Shown piece after piece: positions 1-10,687 of a stretch of DNA of 64,000 bases. Under the pieces are notes generated by a model. That model was not told the DNA's origin and ran no database searches. It saw only the letters and a program-made list of their open reading frames with translations. This DNA comes from Macrostomum hystrix (lineage: Eukaryota; Animalia; Platyhelminthes). The DNA is taken from the NCBI GenBank assembly GCA_950097015.1, contig CATNEN010000029.1:124001-188000 (forward strand). The letters run 5' to 3'. Each line of letters begins with the position of its first letter. Position 1 is the stretch's first letter. A program made the position numbers and the translations under genes.

Positions 1-350
1 AATTATTAACTTGATTTCATTTACTCAAACTTCACCGAGGAAGCATTTGAGTACAGTGTGAGATTGAAATCAAACTGATAAGTCCGAGGGTTCATAGCAG
101 TTGCACTGCATAGCAGCAAAAGACAGAAGACATTTTATTTGGCCGCATTAAAAACATTGCAGCTTAAAGAAAATGCTTTGTGTTTTCATATTCAGTAGTT
201 TGAGGCAGAATGTTTTCGCATGCGTTACGTTAAAGTACAGCGTAGGTAACTGCTTCGGAATCGGCCTGAGGCTCAACTAGAAAGCAAGCAAAAATTAAAA
301 CAAATCAACGATCATATAGTGCAAGAAGTAGTGCTCAAATTGGCGAGCAT

Positions 351-1151
351 TAAAATCAGGCATAGACTAAAGTTAATCGACAGTAGAACTTCAAGGCAGC
401 TGTGCAGAGAGCAAAAGTGCACAATTTTGAGGTCGGCAGGCAGTTTATGTAACGCGATTAATATGCATATGAGAAGGAAAAAACAATATGGAATTTGATT
501 TAATGAAAACAAAAAATAACCAAGAATAAATCACATTTTTGCTGCGAGTTTTGCATATAGAGAGACTGCGCGACAACTGCGCCACGGAGGCTTCGTTGTA
601 GTTTGGATTTTCAATTCTCGATCACACTGGCTTGATCAAATCGACTTTTATAGTGACACATCGTTAAAATTGTCCTTCGGTCATGTCTTTGAGCAGGTTG
701 GCAACCAATCAATCATTGGGATCTGGGACTACTGGAATCAGCACTTCAGCCAGGCTGGCGGAGTCTTGCCCTGCTTCCTATACCTGTTGCACTCGTACGC
801 TCGCATGAGCACATTCTCAGGTCCGCGCCGCTTCCGGTTGAGCACGGCCTCGCCGACATCCGGGCGCTGCCTCATCAGGTAGATCAGCGATTGCGCAACA
901 GCCAGACGATTGTCTTCAATCGGTTCGGCGTTCAAATCGAGTAGCAACGCTTTCGAAGGCGACAGGGCGACGGCGTCCAGGACTGGTAGGAGGACCATCG
1001 ATAGCGCCAGACAGAATTGAAGGCCTGTGTTGAGTAGCATAGCTTCGTCAAATAGCTGTCAGTGTTCTCTTGGCTGTGTCTCTAATTGTCTCTCTCTCTC
1101 TCTCTCTCGGTCAAGTGAAGTGAACTGGGACTGCCGCCGCTGGCCTATTTA
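351..1151. repeat. Segmental duplication unit, copy 1 (partner 3261-4047)
   Basis: Near-identical alignment by eye from taaaatc...gactaaa.ttaatcgacagtagaac to gctggcctattta. Confidence 0.95.
738..1040 (-). CDS. Putative secreted prepropeptide, copy 1 (100 aa; signal peptide, propiece, RKRR, 28-aa two-Cys peptide)
   Basis: ATG-initiated intronless ORF. Hydrophobic N-terminus ends in AVA-LS. RKRR at aa 69-72 precedes GPENVLMRAYECNRYRKQGKTPPAWLKC. TATAAATA lies ~110 bp upstream. The paralogue at 3631-3942 keeps the frame. Confidence 0.72.
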   Translation of the reverse strand: MLLNTGLQFCLALSMVLLPVLDAVALSPSKALLLDLNAEPIEDNRLAVAQSLIYLMRQRPDVGEAVLNRKRRGPENVLMRAYECNRYRKQGKTPPAWLKC

Positions 1152-1153
1152 TA
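1146..1153 (-). promoter_or_regulatory. TATA box of peptide gene copy 1
   Basis: Plus-strand tatttata reads TATAAATA on minus. An initiator-like CCAGTT lies ~27 nt downstream (around 1126). A GC-rich tract and CCAAT motifs lie further upstream (1215-1415). Confidence 0.65.
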
Positions 1154-2298
1154 ACCGGCTCCGGGCGGCGGCTGGGGTGTCTGCGCCGGCTTGGAATCGC
1201 CTTCTATTTTTAGCTCCTCCCCCGCCGCCGCCGCCGCCCCCAGTCCGGAGCAGCTGAGGGGCGTGGGAATAGAGCCTTCTAGTCTGACGCATTTCGCGGC
1301 CAATCGACCCGCTGCAGCGGCAGACTGGACAATCTGGCCCAAGTTTTCAAATGAATGAACCAATGACTCAGGCCCGAAAATGGACTTTGCCAATGCAGGC
1401 GTAGGGGAACCAATAGCGGATAAGTGTGTAGGCAGTCTGCTTTGAAGAAGAGGCTGTGCCTTGTTTACAAAATATAGCTTTCACAAATAAAAAAGCAGTG
1501 CATTCCAACCTAACAAACTGAAATAAAATACTATGGAGAATGCTAAGCGCGGCCACTGATGTCTGCCCCCCCCACTCCGCAACACAGACTTGCGAATTCC
1601 ACACGGCTTTACAATTTTACAATTTACAACCTAGACCAGCCTCGACTTTCTTAATAAGGGCCTTTTTACCCTCCGCTCAGACAGACAATGCTTTAATTAA
1701 TGCATCGAAACTCCCAAGTGAGGTTTTGGGTGAGTCAGGCTTGAGTCAGGCCTGACTCATGTCTCACTTCAGCTGCTCATAAGTGTCTAGGGAAGTGTCT
1801 AGTGTTTACATTTTTTTCAGGGAAAATTCAACGTTGTTAGAGAATCAGGCGGAGTGTTGGGAGAACGCCCACAACTTCCTTGGCTAACAGAAATGGGACA
1901 GGGCTCTACCAACAGGCCGCGCCGCCCACGCAGTCCTCCATTTGTCCGATAGCTCCTAGCTGTAGCTAATACCCAAGTTCCAGCGAGTATTAAGCAGCTT
2001 TTTTATGTCGGAAGATTTGCCCAAGCTTTCTCCCGCAAGTGAGTACAATTTGATTCTAAACTGTTGGTGCATGCAAACAGCAGGTGTCTCAAGGTCCGCC
2101 TACCTCCTGTGCAAACACTGCACTAGCGGAGCTGCATTCTGAGTGCGAGTAAACGTCGCCATTGTCACTGACTGCTCAAATTTTAATTCAATGTCAAATA
2201 ATGCTTTCGGTGCATGGAATGCTCTTATCTGTCTTCTCTAGCTTGTCAGCAGGGTAGGATAGTGCCGATAGCACACCAAAAGCCGCATTCCACACTTT

Positions 2299-3260
2299 GC
2301 TCTTCCACAGATCTCACTGTCTCCTTTATAGATCTCACCCGCTCTACTATGGATCTCACCGTCTCCTTTATAGATCTCACCCGCTCTACTATGGATCTCA
2401 CTGACTCCTTTATAGATCTCACCCGCTCTACTATGGATCTCACCGTCTCCTTTATAGATCTCACCCGCTCTACTATGGATCTCACCGTCTCCTTTATAGA
2501 TCTCACCCGCTCTACTATGGATCTCACCGTCTCCTTTATAGATCTCACCCGCTCTACTATGGATCTCACCGTCTCCTTTATAGATCTCACCCGCTCTTCC
2601 ATGGATCTCCCCTATCTTCTCTGAATCTCACCCTCTCTTCTCAGAATCTCACCTTCTCTTTTCTAAATATCATCCTGTCTTCTCTGGATCTCACCCTGTC
2701 CTCTATTGATCTCACCCTCTCTTCTATTGATCTCACCCTCTCTTCTATTGATCTGACCCCCTCTTCTATTGATCTCACCCTGTCCTCTATTGATCTCACC
2801 CTCTCTTCTATTGATCTCACCCTCTCTTCTATTGATCTGACCCCCTCTTCTATTGATCTCACCCTGACTTCTCTGAATATCATCCTCTCTTCTCTGGATC
2901 TCACCCTCTCTTCTATGGATCTCACCCTCTCTTCTCTGGATCTCACCCTGTCTTCTCTGGATTTCACCCTGTCTTCTCTGGATCTCAACCTCTCTTCTAT
3001 GGATCTCACACTGTCTTCTATGGATCTCAACCTCTCTTCTATGGATCTCACCCTGTCTTCTATGGATCTCACCCTGTCTTCTCTGGATCTCACACTCTCT
3101 TCTCTGGATCTCACCCTCTATTCTCTGGACCTCACCTCTCTTCTATGGATCTCATCCTGTCTTCTCTGAATCTCACCCTCTCTTCAATAGATCTCACCCT
3201 CTCTTCTCTGAATCTCACCCTCTCTTCAATAGATCTCACCCTCTCTTCTCTGAATCTCAC
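2299..3260. repeat. 21-bp minisatellite (gatctcaccctctcttctatg family; 42-bp dimers in the left part)
   Basis: Tandem units directly visible; same family as 6322-7405. Confidence 0.97.
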
Positions 3261-4047
3261 TAAAATCGACTAAAATTAATCGACAGTAGAACTTCAAGGC
3301 AGCTGTGCAGAGAGCAAAAGTGCACAATTTTGAGATCGGCAGGCAGTTTATGTAACGCGATTAATATGCATATGAGAATCAATATGGAATTTGATTTAAG
3401 GAAAACAAAAAGAAAAAATATCCAAGAATAAATCACATTTTTGCTGCGAGTTTTGCATATAGAGAAACTGCGCGACAACTGCTCCACGGAGGCTTCGTTG
3501 TAGTTTGGATTTTCAATTCTCGATCACACTGGTTTGATCAAATCAACTTTTATAGTGTCACACCGTTAAAATTGTCATTCGGTCATGACTTTGAGCAGGT
3601 TGGCAACCAATCAATCATTGGGATCTGGGACTACTGGAACCAGCACCTCAGCCAGGCTGGCGGAGTCTTGCCCTGCTTCCTATACCAGTTGCACTCGTAC
3701 CATCGCATGAGCACATACTCAGGTGCTCGCCGCTTCCGGTTGAGCACGGCCTCGCTGACATCCGGGCGCTGCCTCATCAGGTAGGTCAGCAGTTGCGCAA
3801 CAGCCAGACGATTGTCTTCAATCGGCTCGGCGTTCAAATCGAGTAACAACGCTTTCGAAGGCGACAGGGCGACGGCGTCCATGACTGGTAGGAGGACCAT
3901 CGATAGCGCCAGACAGAATTGAAGGCCTGTGTTGAGTAGCATAGCTTCGTCAAATAGCTGTCAGTGTTCTCTTGTCTGTGTCTCTAATTGTCTCTCTCTC
4001 TCGGTCAAGTGAAGTGACCACTGGGACTGCCGCCGCTGGCCTATTTA
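3261..4047. repeat. Segmental duplication unit, copy 2 (partner 351-1151)
   Basis: Aligns to 351-1151; homology stops at the TA at 4046-4047. Confidence 0.95.
3631..3942 (-). CDS. Putative secreted prepropeptide, copy 2 (103 aa; predicted mature peptide APEYVLMRWYECNWYRKQGKTPPAWLRCWFQ)
   Basis: Same architecture as copy 1 with an intact frame, three codons longer. TATA box disrupted by a mariner end. Confidence 0.7.
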   Translation of the reverse strand: MLLNTGLQFCLALSMVLLPVMDAVALSPSKALLLDLNAEPIEDNRLAVAQLLTYLMRQRPDVSEAVLNRKRRAPEYVLMRWYECNWYRKQGKTPPAWLRCWFQ

Positions 4048-4633
4048 CGAGGGTTGTGTGATAAATTCGCTGACAAACTTTCATAGCGTCTGTTTCTCTT
4101 GTACTTCGGGGCAGAATTTTTCGATACTCGTACAGACTAAGGCACCATCGATCTTATTGTCTATGGAAAATGTTCCCTCTGGCTTTTGAGACAAGGCAGA
4201 AATCGAGTGGCATTCAAACCACCCTTTTAGCCAGTATGGAGAAAAGTGAAGCTACCAAGCGCACTGTCTTTTGGTCTTTGTGGAAGCAGCAGAAGAAGCA
4301 GGCTGATATTTACCGCGAGCTGCTGCAAATCTTTAGCGAGGATGCACCTTCGAAACAAACTGTGTCAAACTAAACTGCTGACTCCTGTCCAACTGCAAGA
4401 GAGGGTCCAGATGTGCCGCCACCTACTCAACGCCTATCAAAACGAGCACGACTTTCTTGGCCGCCTGGTGACTGGTGATGAAACGTGGTTTCACTTCTAC
4501 GAACCAGAAACGAAACGGCAGAGCAGCGTCTGGAAGGCTACTCACGAACCCCCACCGGTCAAGGCCAAGGCGGTGCAGTCAGCAGGTAAGCGTATGGCCA
4601 CCGTGTTCTGGGACAGAGAAGGCATCTTGCTGC
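4048..4633 (+). mobile_element. Mariner (Tc1/mariner, DD34D-type) transposon fragment, internally deleted and 3'-truncated
   Basis: Begins TA|CGAGGG, a typical mariner TIR start. N-terminal MEKSEATKRTVFWSLWKQQKKQADIYRELLQIFSEDAPSKQTVS is followed, after a deletion/frameshift, by catalytic motifs VTGDETWFHFYEPETKRQSSVW...SAGKRMATVFWD. Confidence 0.92.
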
Positions 4634-5427
4634 AGTCAATTTAAAGTTGCAGTCTATTTAAAGTTGCAGTCTATTTAAAGTTGCAGTCTATTTAAAGTTG
4701 CAGTCTATTTAAAGTTGCAGTCTATTTAAAGTTGCAGTCTATTTAAAGTTGCAGTCTATTTAAAGTTGCAGTCTATTTAAAGTTGCAGTCTATTTACAGT
4801 TGCCGTCTATTTAAAGTTGCAGTCTATTTAAAATTGCAGTCTATTTACAGTTGCAGTCTATTTACAGTTGCCGTCTATTTAAAGTTGCAGTCTATTTAAA
4901 GTTGCAGTCTATTTAAAGTTGCAGTCTATTTAAAGTTGCAGTCTATTTAAAGTTGCAGTCTATTTAAAGTTGCAGTCTATTTAAAGTTGCAGTCTATTTA
5001 AAGTTGCAGTCTATTTAAAGTTGCAGTCTATTTAAAGTTGCAGTCTATTTAAAGTTGCAGTCTATTTAAAGTTGCAGTCTATTTACAGTTGCAGTCTATT
5101 TACAGTTGCAGTCTATTTAAAGTTGCAGTCTATTTAAAGTTGCAGTCTATTTAAAGTTGCAGTCTATTTAAAGTTGCAGTCTATTTAAGGTTGCAGTCTA
5201 TTTAAAGTTGCAGTCTATTTAAAGTTGCAGTCTATTTACAGTTGCAGTCTATTTACAGTTGCAGTCTATTTAAAGTTGCAGTCTATTTAAAGTTGCAGTC
5301 TATTTAAAGTTGCAGTCTATTTAAAGTTGCAGTCTATTTAAAGTTGCAGTCTATTTAAAGTTGCAGTCTATTTAAAGTTGCAGTCTATTTAAAGTTGCAG
5401 TCTATTTAAAGTTGCAGTCTATTTAAA
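4634..5427. repeat. 17-bp minisatellite (gttgcagtctatttaaa), ~46 copies
   Basis: Highly homogeneous tandem units. Confidence 0.98.
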
Positions 5428-6321
5428 CGCCTAGGCGTTGGAATAGCGCTGCCGCCTCCTGGTGCCACTGTTTTGCCATGACTACAGCGCGTACCAAGGC
5501 CTCAACGGAGAGCCGCGCATCTGCTGCGGCTGCCAAGAGCGGCACACCACCTAAGCGACAAGGGCAACGCAGCGAACGTCGACGCAAAGAACGACGTCGC
5601 GAGCGCAATCGCCGTGGTCGACTACGAGGACGTCAACGTAAAGCCACAGGCCAAAGCCCCGCGCTACTGGTTGGGGCGGATCTTCCGGGTGGCGCCGGAG
5701 ACCGTGAGACCCAACACCAACAGGTCCCAGCTGAACCAAAATGCGCACAACAGCTCAGGGTTGCGACGTGGAACTGTCGGACTACGACCTCAAATTAGAC
5801 ATAATAATGCTGCAGGAGCTTTCCATCAAAACCGAGCTGGGGCTTCACCAAGAGTATCTCGGCGGCGGCTGGCTCCTACAGTACACCTCAGCGGACTCAA
5901 GAGGCCGAGGAGGAGTCGGCGCTCTGATCAACCCCCGGCTACAGGGATGCACACGATGCGAAAGTCTATCACCGTGACTGCTGCGAGTTGACCTGCGTCT
6001 ACGTAGGCGCAACGTGCGTTTGTTCTGCGCCTATGCCCCTACGGCTGCGCACCCGACGGAGCACCAGCAATTTATGGAGTTCCTGTCGGCACAGCTGGAG
6101 GCGTTGGCTCAGCGCGACTCGGTGCTGGTGCTCGGAGACTTGAACGCTGTACTGCGGCAGTCCGAGCGCTCCCGTTTCGTCACGCCGCGCGAGAACAACA
6201 ACACCGACGCACTGGTTGACTTTGCAAGACGACACGACCTAGTATCGGCAAACACGCTTTTTCGGAAGCCGCTGCAGAGACTGGCGACATTTGCAGGCTG
6301 TAAGCGTCCACGCCGGAATGC
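5428..6321 (+). mobile_element. Non-LTR retrotransposon 5' fragment (Arg-rich leader plus APE endonuclease, RTE-like), frameshifted, no RT
   Basis: Motifs LRVATWNCRT, KLDIIMLQE, RGRGGVGALI, LFCAYAPT, VLVLGDLNA and DLVSANTLF spread over three frames; coding ends at the 21-bp array. Confidence 0.88.
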
Positions 6322-7405
6322 ATCTCATGAATGCTTCTCTAAATCTCATCCTGTCTTCTCTGAATCTCACCCTCTCTTCTATGGATCTCAACCTTTCTTC
6401 TCTGAATCTCATCCTCTCTTCTATGGATCTCACCCTCTCTTCTCTGAATCTCACCCTCTCTTCTCTGAATCTCAACCTCTCTTCTATGGATCGCATCCTC
6501 TCTTCTATGGATCTCACCCTCTCTTCTCTGAATCTCACCCTGTCTTCTCTGGATCTCACACTCTCTTCTCTGGATCTCATCCTCTCTTCTCTGGATCTTA
6601 CCCTCTCTTCTATGGATCTCACCCTCTCTTCTCTGGATCTCACACTCTCTTCTCTGGATCTCAACCTCTCTTCTATGGATCTCACCCTCTCTTCTCTGAA
6701 TCTCACACTCTCTTCTCTGAATCTCATCCTCTCTTCTATGGATCTCACCCTCTCTTCTATGGATCTCAACCTTTCTTCTCTGAATCTCATCCTCTCTTCT
6801 ATGGATCTCACCCTCTCTTCTCTGGATCTCACACTCTCTTCTCTGGATCTCACCCTCTCTTCTATGGATCTCACCCTCTCTTCTCTGAATCTCACCCTCT
6901 CTTTTTTGAATCTCACACTCTCTTCTCTGGATCTCACCCTCTCTTCTATGGATCTCAACCTTTCTTCTCTGAATCTCATCCTCTCTTCTATGGATCTCAC
7001 CCTCTCTTCTCTGAATCTCACCCTCTCTTCTCTGAATCTCATCCTCTCTTCTATGGATCGCATCCTCTCTTCTATGGATCTCACCCTCTCTTCTCTGAAT
7101 CTCACCCTGTCTTCTCTGGATCTCACCCTCTCTTCTATGGATCTCACCCTCTCTTCTCTAGATCTCACCCTCTCTCATCTGGATCTCACACTCTCTTCTC
7201 TGGATCTCACCCTCTCTTCTCTGGATCTCACCCTCTCTTCTCTGGATCTCACCCTCTCCTCTCTGGATCTTACCCTCTCTTCTATGGATCTCAACCTCTC
7301 TTCTCTGAATCTCATCCACTCTTCTATAGATCTTACCCTCTCTTCTATGGATCTCACCCTCTCTTCTCTGAATCTCACCCTCGTGATCTCTTCTCGTCTC
7401 TTCTC
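6322..7405. repeat. 21-bp minisatellite, same family as 2299-3260
   Basis: Units ga(t/a)tctcaccctctcttct(a/c)tg. Confidence 0.97.
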
Positions 7406-8050
7406 AGATAGTTTTTACCTGTCTTGAAAAAATTAATGTGAATTTGTCGAATAAAAGCTGTTGATCATATTATAAGATGAGAATAAAATAGCCCCTAAGT
7501 TAATTGTTAATTCGTTACTCATTCTTTCGTGAAAATGCTGTTGATTTCCAAACAGTCAAGTCTGTGTCTTCAGGTTCAGCACGTTTTTCAAATTTATTTC
7601 AAAATTAGAAAAATGCACGTTTATCTTTTTTGTCATGTCCTCAATCTATGAGTCAAGAAATGAAAATATTATCGTTGAAACTTTGAACCCGAAGAAACAA
7701 GACGTAGCTCGTATGCGTAGGTAAAATAAAAAATAATCAGGAACACCTCAGTTCATGGCCATCGCCACCAGTTTTTTTTTAATAACAGCAAGGTCCGATG
7801 TGTACACAGTGTAATGTAATTAATGTATATTCGCAGAAACGTTTATGAATTTATTTAGGAATCTTTATTCTAGAAGCAAGCAGATTAAAATCAGTTCTTA
7901 ATTCTTTACATAAATCAATCTATAAGTCAGAGCAAATCGATTCACACTCGAGCCAGCCATTGCTCAAGTGTTACAATGCTGCTGCATCACAGCTTCAACT
8001 AGGCCTCTTAACTATAGACAAACTAGATAATTGCTAGATAGGTCACATCT

Positions 8051-8555
8051 CATTCCTGATCCCATATCATACTGATATCCCAATCCTGATCCCATATCCT
8101 ACTGAAATCCCAATCCTGATCCCATATCCGACTGATATCCCAATCCTGATCCCATATCATACTGATATCCCAATCCTGATCCCATATCCTACTGAAATCC
8201 CAATCCTGATCCCATATCCGACTGATATCCCAATCCTGATCCCATATCCTACTGATATCCCAATCCTGATCCCATATCCTACTGATTTCCCAATCCTGAT
8301 CCCATATCCGACTGATATCCCAATCCTGATCCCATATCCTACTGATATCCCAATCCTGATCTCATATCCTACTGAAATCCCAATCCTGATCCCATATCCG
8401 ACTGATATCCCAATCCTGATCCCATATCCTACTGAAATCCCAATCCTGATCCCATATCCTACTGAAATCCCAATCCTGATCCCATATCCGACTGAAATCC
8501 CAATCCTGATCCCATATCCGACTGATATCCCAATCCTGATCCCATCCCATATTCC
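8051..8555. repeat. 30-bp minisatellite (actgatatcccaatcctgatcccatatcct)
   Basis: About 17 tandem units. Confidence 0.97.
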
Positions 8556-9221
8556 ATTGATCCCTAATCAATGACAATTAGATCTAATAAAATTTAAAAC
8601 CAAGAAAATTTAACAGCCTGCTATGCATGTAAAAAGTGCTGGATATCATATTCTAAGATATTCACGGACACAAACATGACACATAGACATAGGCAGCCAT
8701 TTTTATAACAGAGTAACAAAATGAGAATTGAGAAATCAAAGCGCATATAAAAAGAGACAGTACTAGTCGTATCATTTTACTACAAGTAGGCTGCTGAATG
8801 ATAAAGTGCTACAAAACAAATTCACTTTTGGTAATGTAAGTGTCGCATTTAGCTCGCATAATATATAGAAAATTGAAAAATATATATTCGCCGGAAAGTT
8901 CAGTTTGTGCCATAGAGTAGGAAATGGGGGGTTATAACTCTCAGGGTCAGAAACAATGGATGGGCCAATAGCAAGTCGCATTATGACAGGCAGTGACAGA
9001 AAGACAGGCTAGCAACGGAAAATCGGAAAGCTTAAATTATTAATGAATTTTTTAATCGCAGAAAAGCAAAATTGTTGAATTTACAAAACTTCTGTTTATG
9101 AAAATCTCAACATCTGGTAATTTGTGATCAATTGAGCACTCATCTTGGTTATACTGATGAAGGAGCTTGTAGTCCAATCGTTAGAGCTTATGAGAGTTGA
9201 CTTTGCAACTTTGCAACTAAC

Positions 9222-10175
9222 AATACACCAGCATTGATTGGCAGATTGTGAACTACCAATAAACCAGCATTGATTGGCAGATTGTGAACTACCAATAAAC
9301 CAGCATTGATTGGCAGATTGTGAACTACCAATAACCCAGCATTGATTGGCAGATTGTGAACTACCAATAAACTAGCATTGATTGGCAGATTGTGAACTAC
9401 CAATAACCCAGCATTGATTGGCAGATTGTGAACTACCAATACACCAGCATTGATTGGCAGATTGTGAACTACCAAAAAACCAGCATTGATTGGCAGATTG
9501 TGAACTACCAATACACCAGCATTGATTGGCAGATTGTGAACTACCAATAACCCAGCATTGATTGGCAGATTGTGAACTACCAATACACCAGCATTGATTG
9601 GCAGATTGTGAACTACCAAAAAACCAGCATTGATTGGCAGATTGTGAACTACCAATAAACCAGCATTGATTGGCAGATTGTGAACTACCAATAACCCAGC
9701 ATTGATTGGCAGATTGTGAACTACCAATAAACCAGCATTGATTGGCAGATTGTGAACTACCAATAAACCAGCATTGATTGGCAGATTGTGAACTACCAAT
9801 ACACCAGAATTGATTGGCAGATTGTGAACTACCAATACACCAGCATTGATTGGCAGATTGTGAACTACCAATACACCAGAATTGATTGGCAGATTGTGAA
9901 CTACCAATAAACCAGCATTGATTGGCAGATTGTGAACTACCAATACACCAGCATTGATTGGCAGATTGTGAACTACCAATACACCAGCATTGGTAGATTG
10001 GCAGATTGTGAACTACCAATACACCAGCATTGGTAGATTGGCAGATTGTGAACTACCAATACACCAGCATTGGTAGATTGGCAGATTGTGAACTACCAAT
10101 ACACCAGCATTGGTAGATTGGCAGATTGTGAACTACCAATACACCAGCATTGGTAGATTGGCAGATTGTGAACTA
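9222..10175. repeat. 36-bp minisatellite (cagcattgattggcagattgtgaactaccaataaac)
   Basis: About 26 units; slightly longer variant units at the right end. Confidence 0.97.
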
Positions 10176-10687
10176 CGATTAAACGATATTATCAAATATT
10201 ATCAAATTAAACGATATTTTGAATACCCACATAGAATCTGCATGATTTGCTTTGATCACAAAGGCACGTCACATATTGTTCATTTACGAGTCATATCAAA
10301 GACAAAAAACCTTTTCATAAAACGGCGAGAGACAAAGAGAGAACCACAGAAACGTTTTAGGAAAAAGATTTTTATTACATAGCTTGGGTACCTATAAATT
10401 TGAAATAAAAAATACTTACCAGCACGTACACAAACTCACGAACAAGTGGAAGCTTAGTTAAGTTTTAAGCGGACGAAACTTGTTGAATAAGAAATGACCT
10501 TGTCAATAAAAAGCCATTTTAGTTTGTCATCTTTGCTAATCATTAATTAAAAATAATCAGAAACTCAGCACACGGCAAGAAGCGGTGTATAACTCGGAAA
10601 AATAATCAATGTTATGGGATCTATATGGGATGATTATATAATCTAGCGTATGCAATTCCTCACAGCCAGTGGGGTTAGGGTTAGAAT

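Noticed and set aside
2214-7427. Long ORFs with repeats such as RSIEERV, SHPLFSG and LDLTLSS
   Set aside because: Translations of the 21-bp arrays, open in several frames on both strands; only the non-repeat start of 6014-7411 (LINE endonuclease) is meaningful.
8362-10019. Repeat ORFs WDQDWDFSRI and VVHNLPINAGLL
   Set aside because: Products of 30- and 36-bp arrays; no unique coding flanks or splice support.
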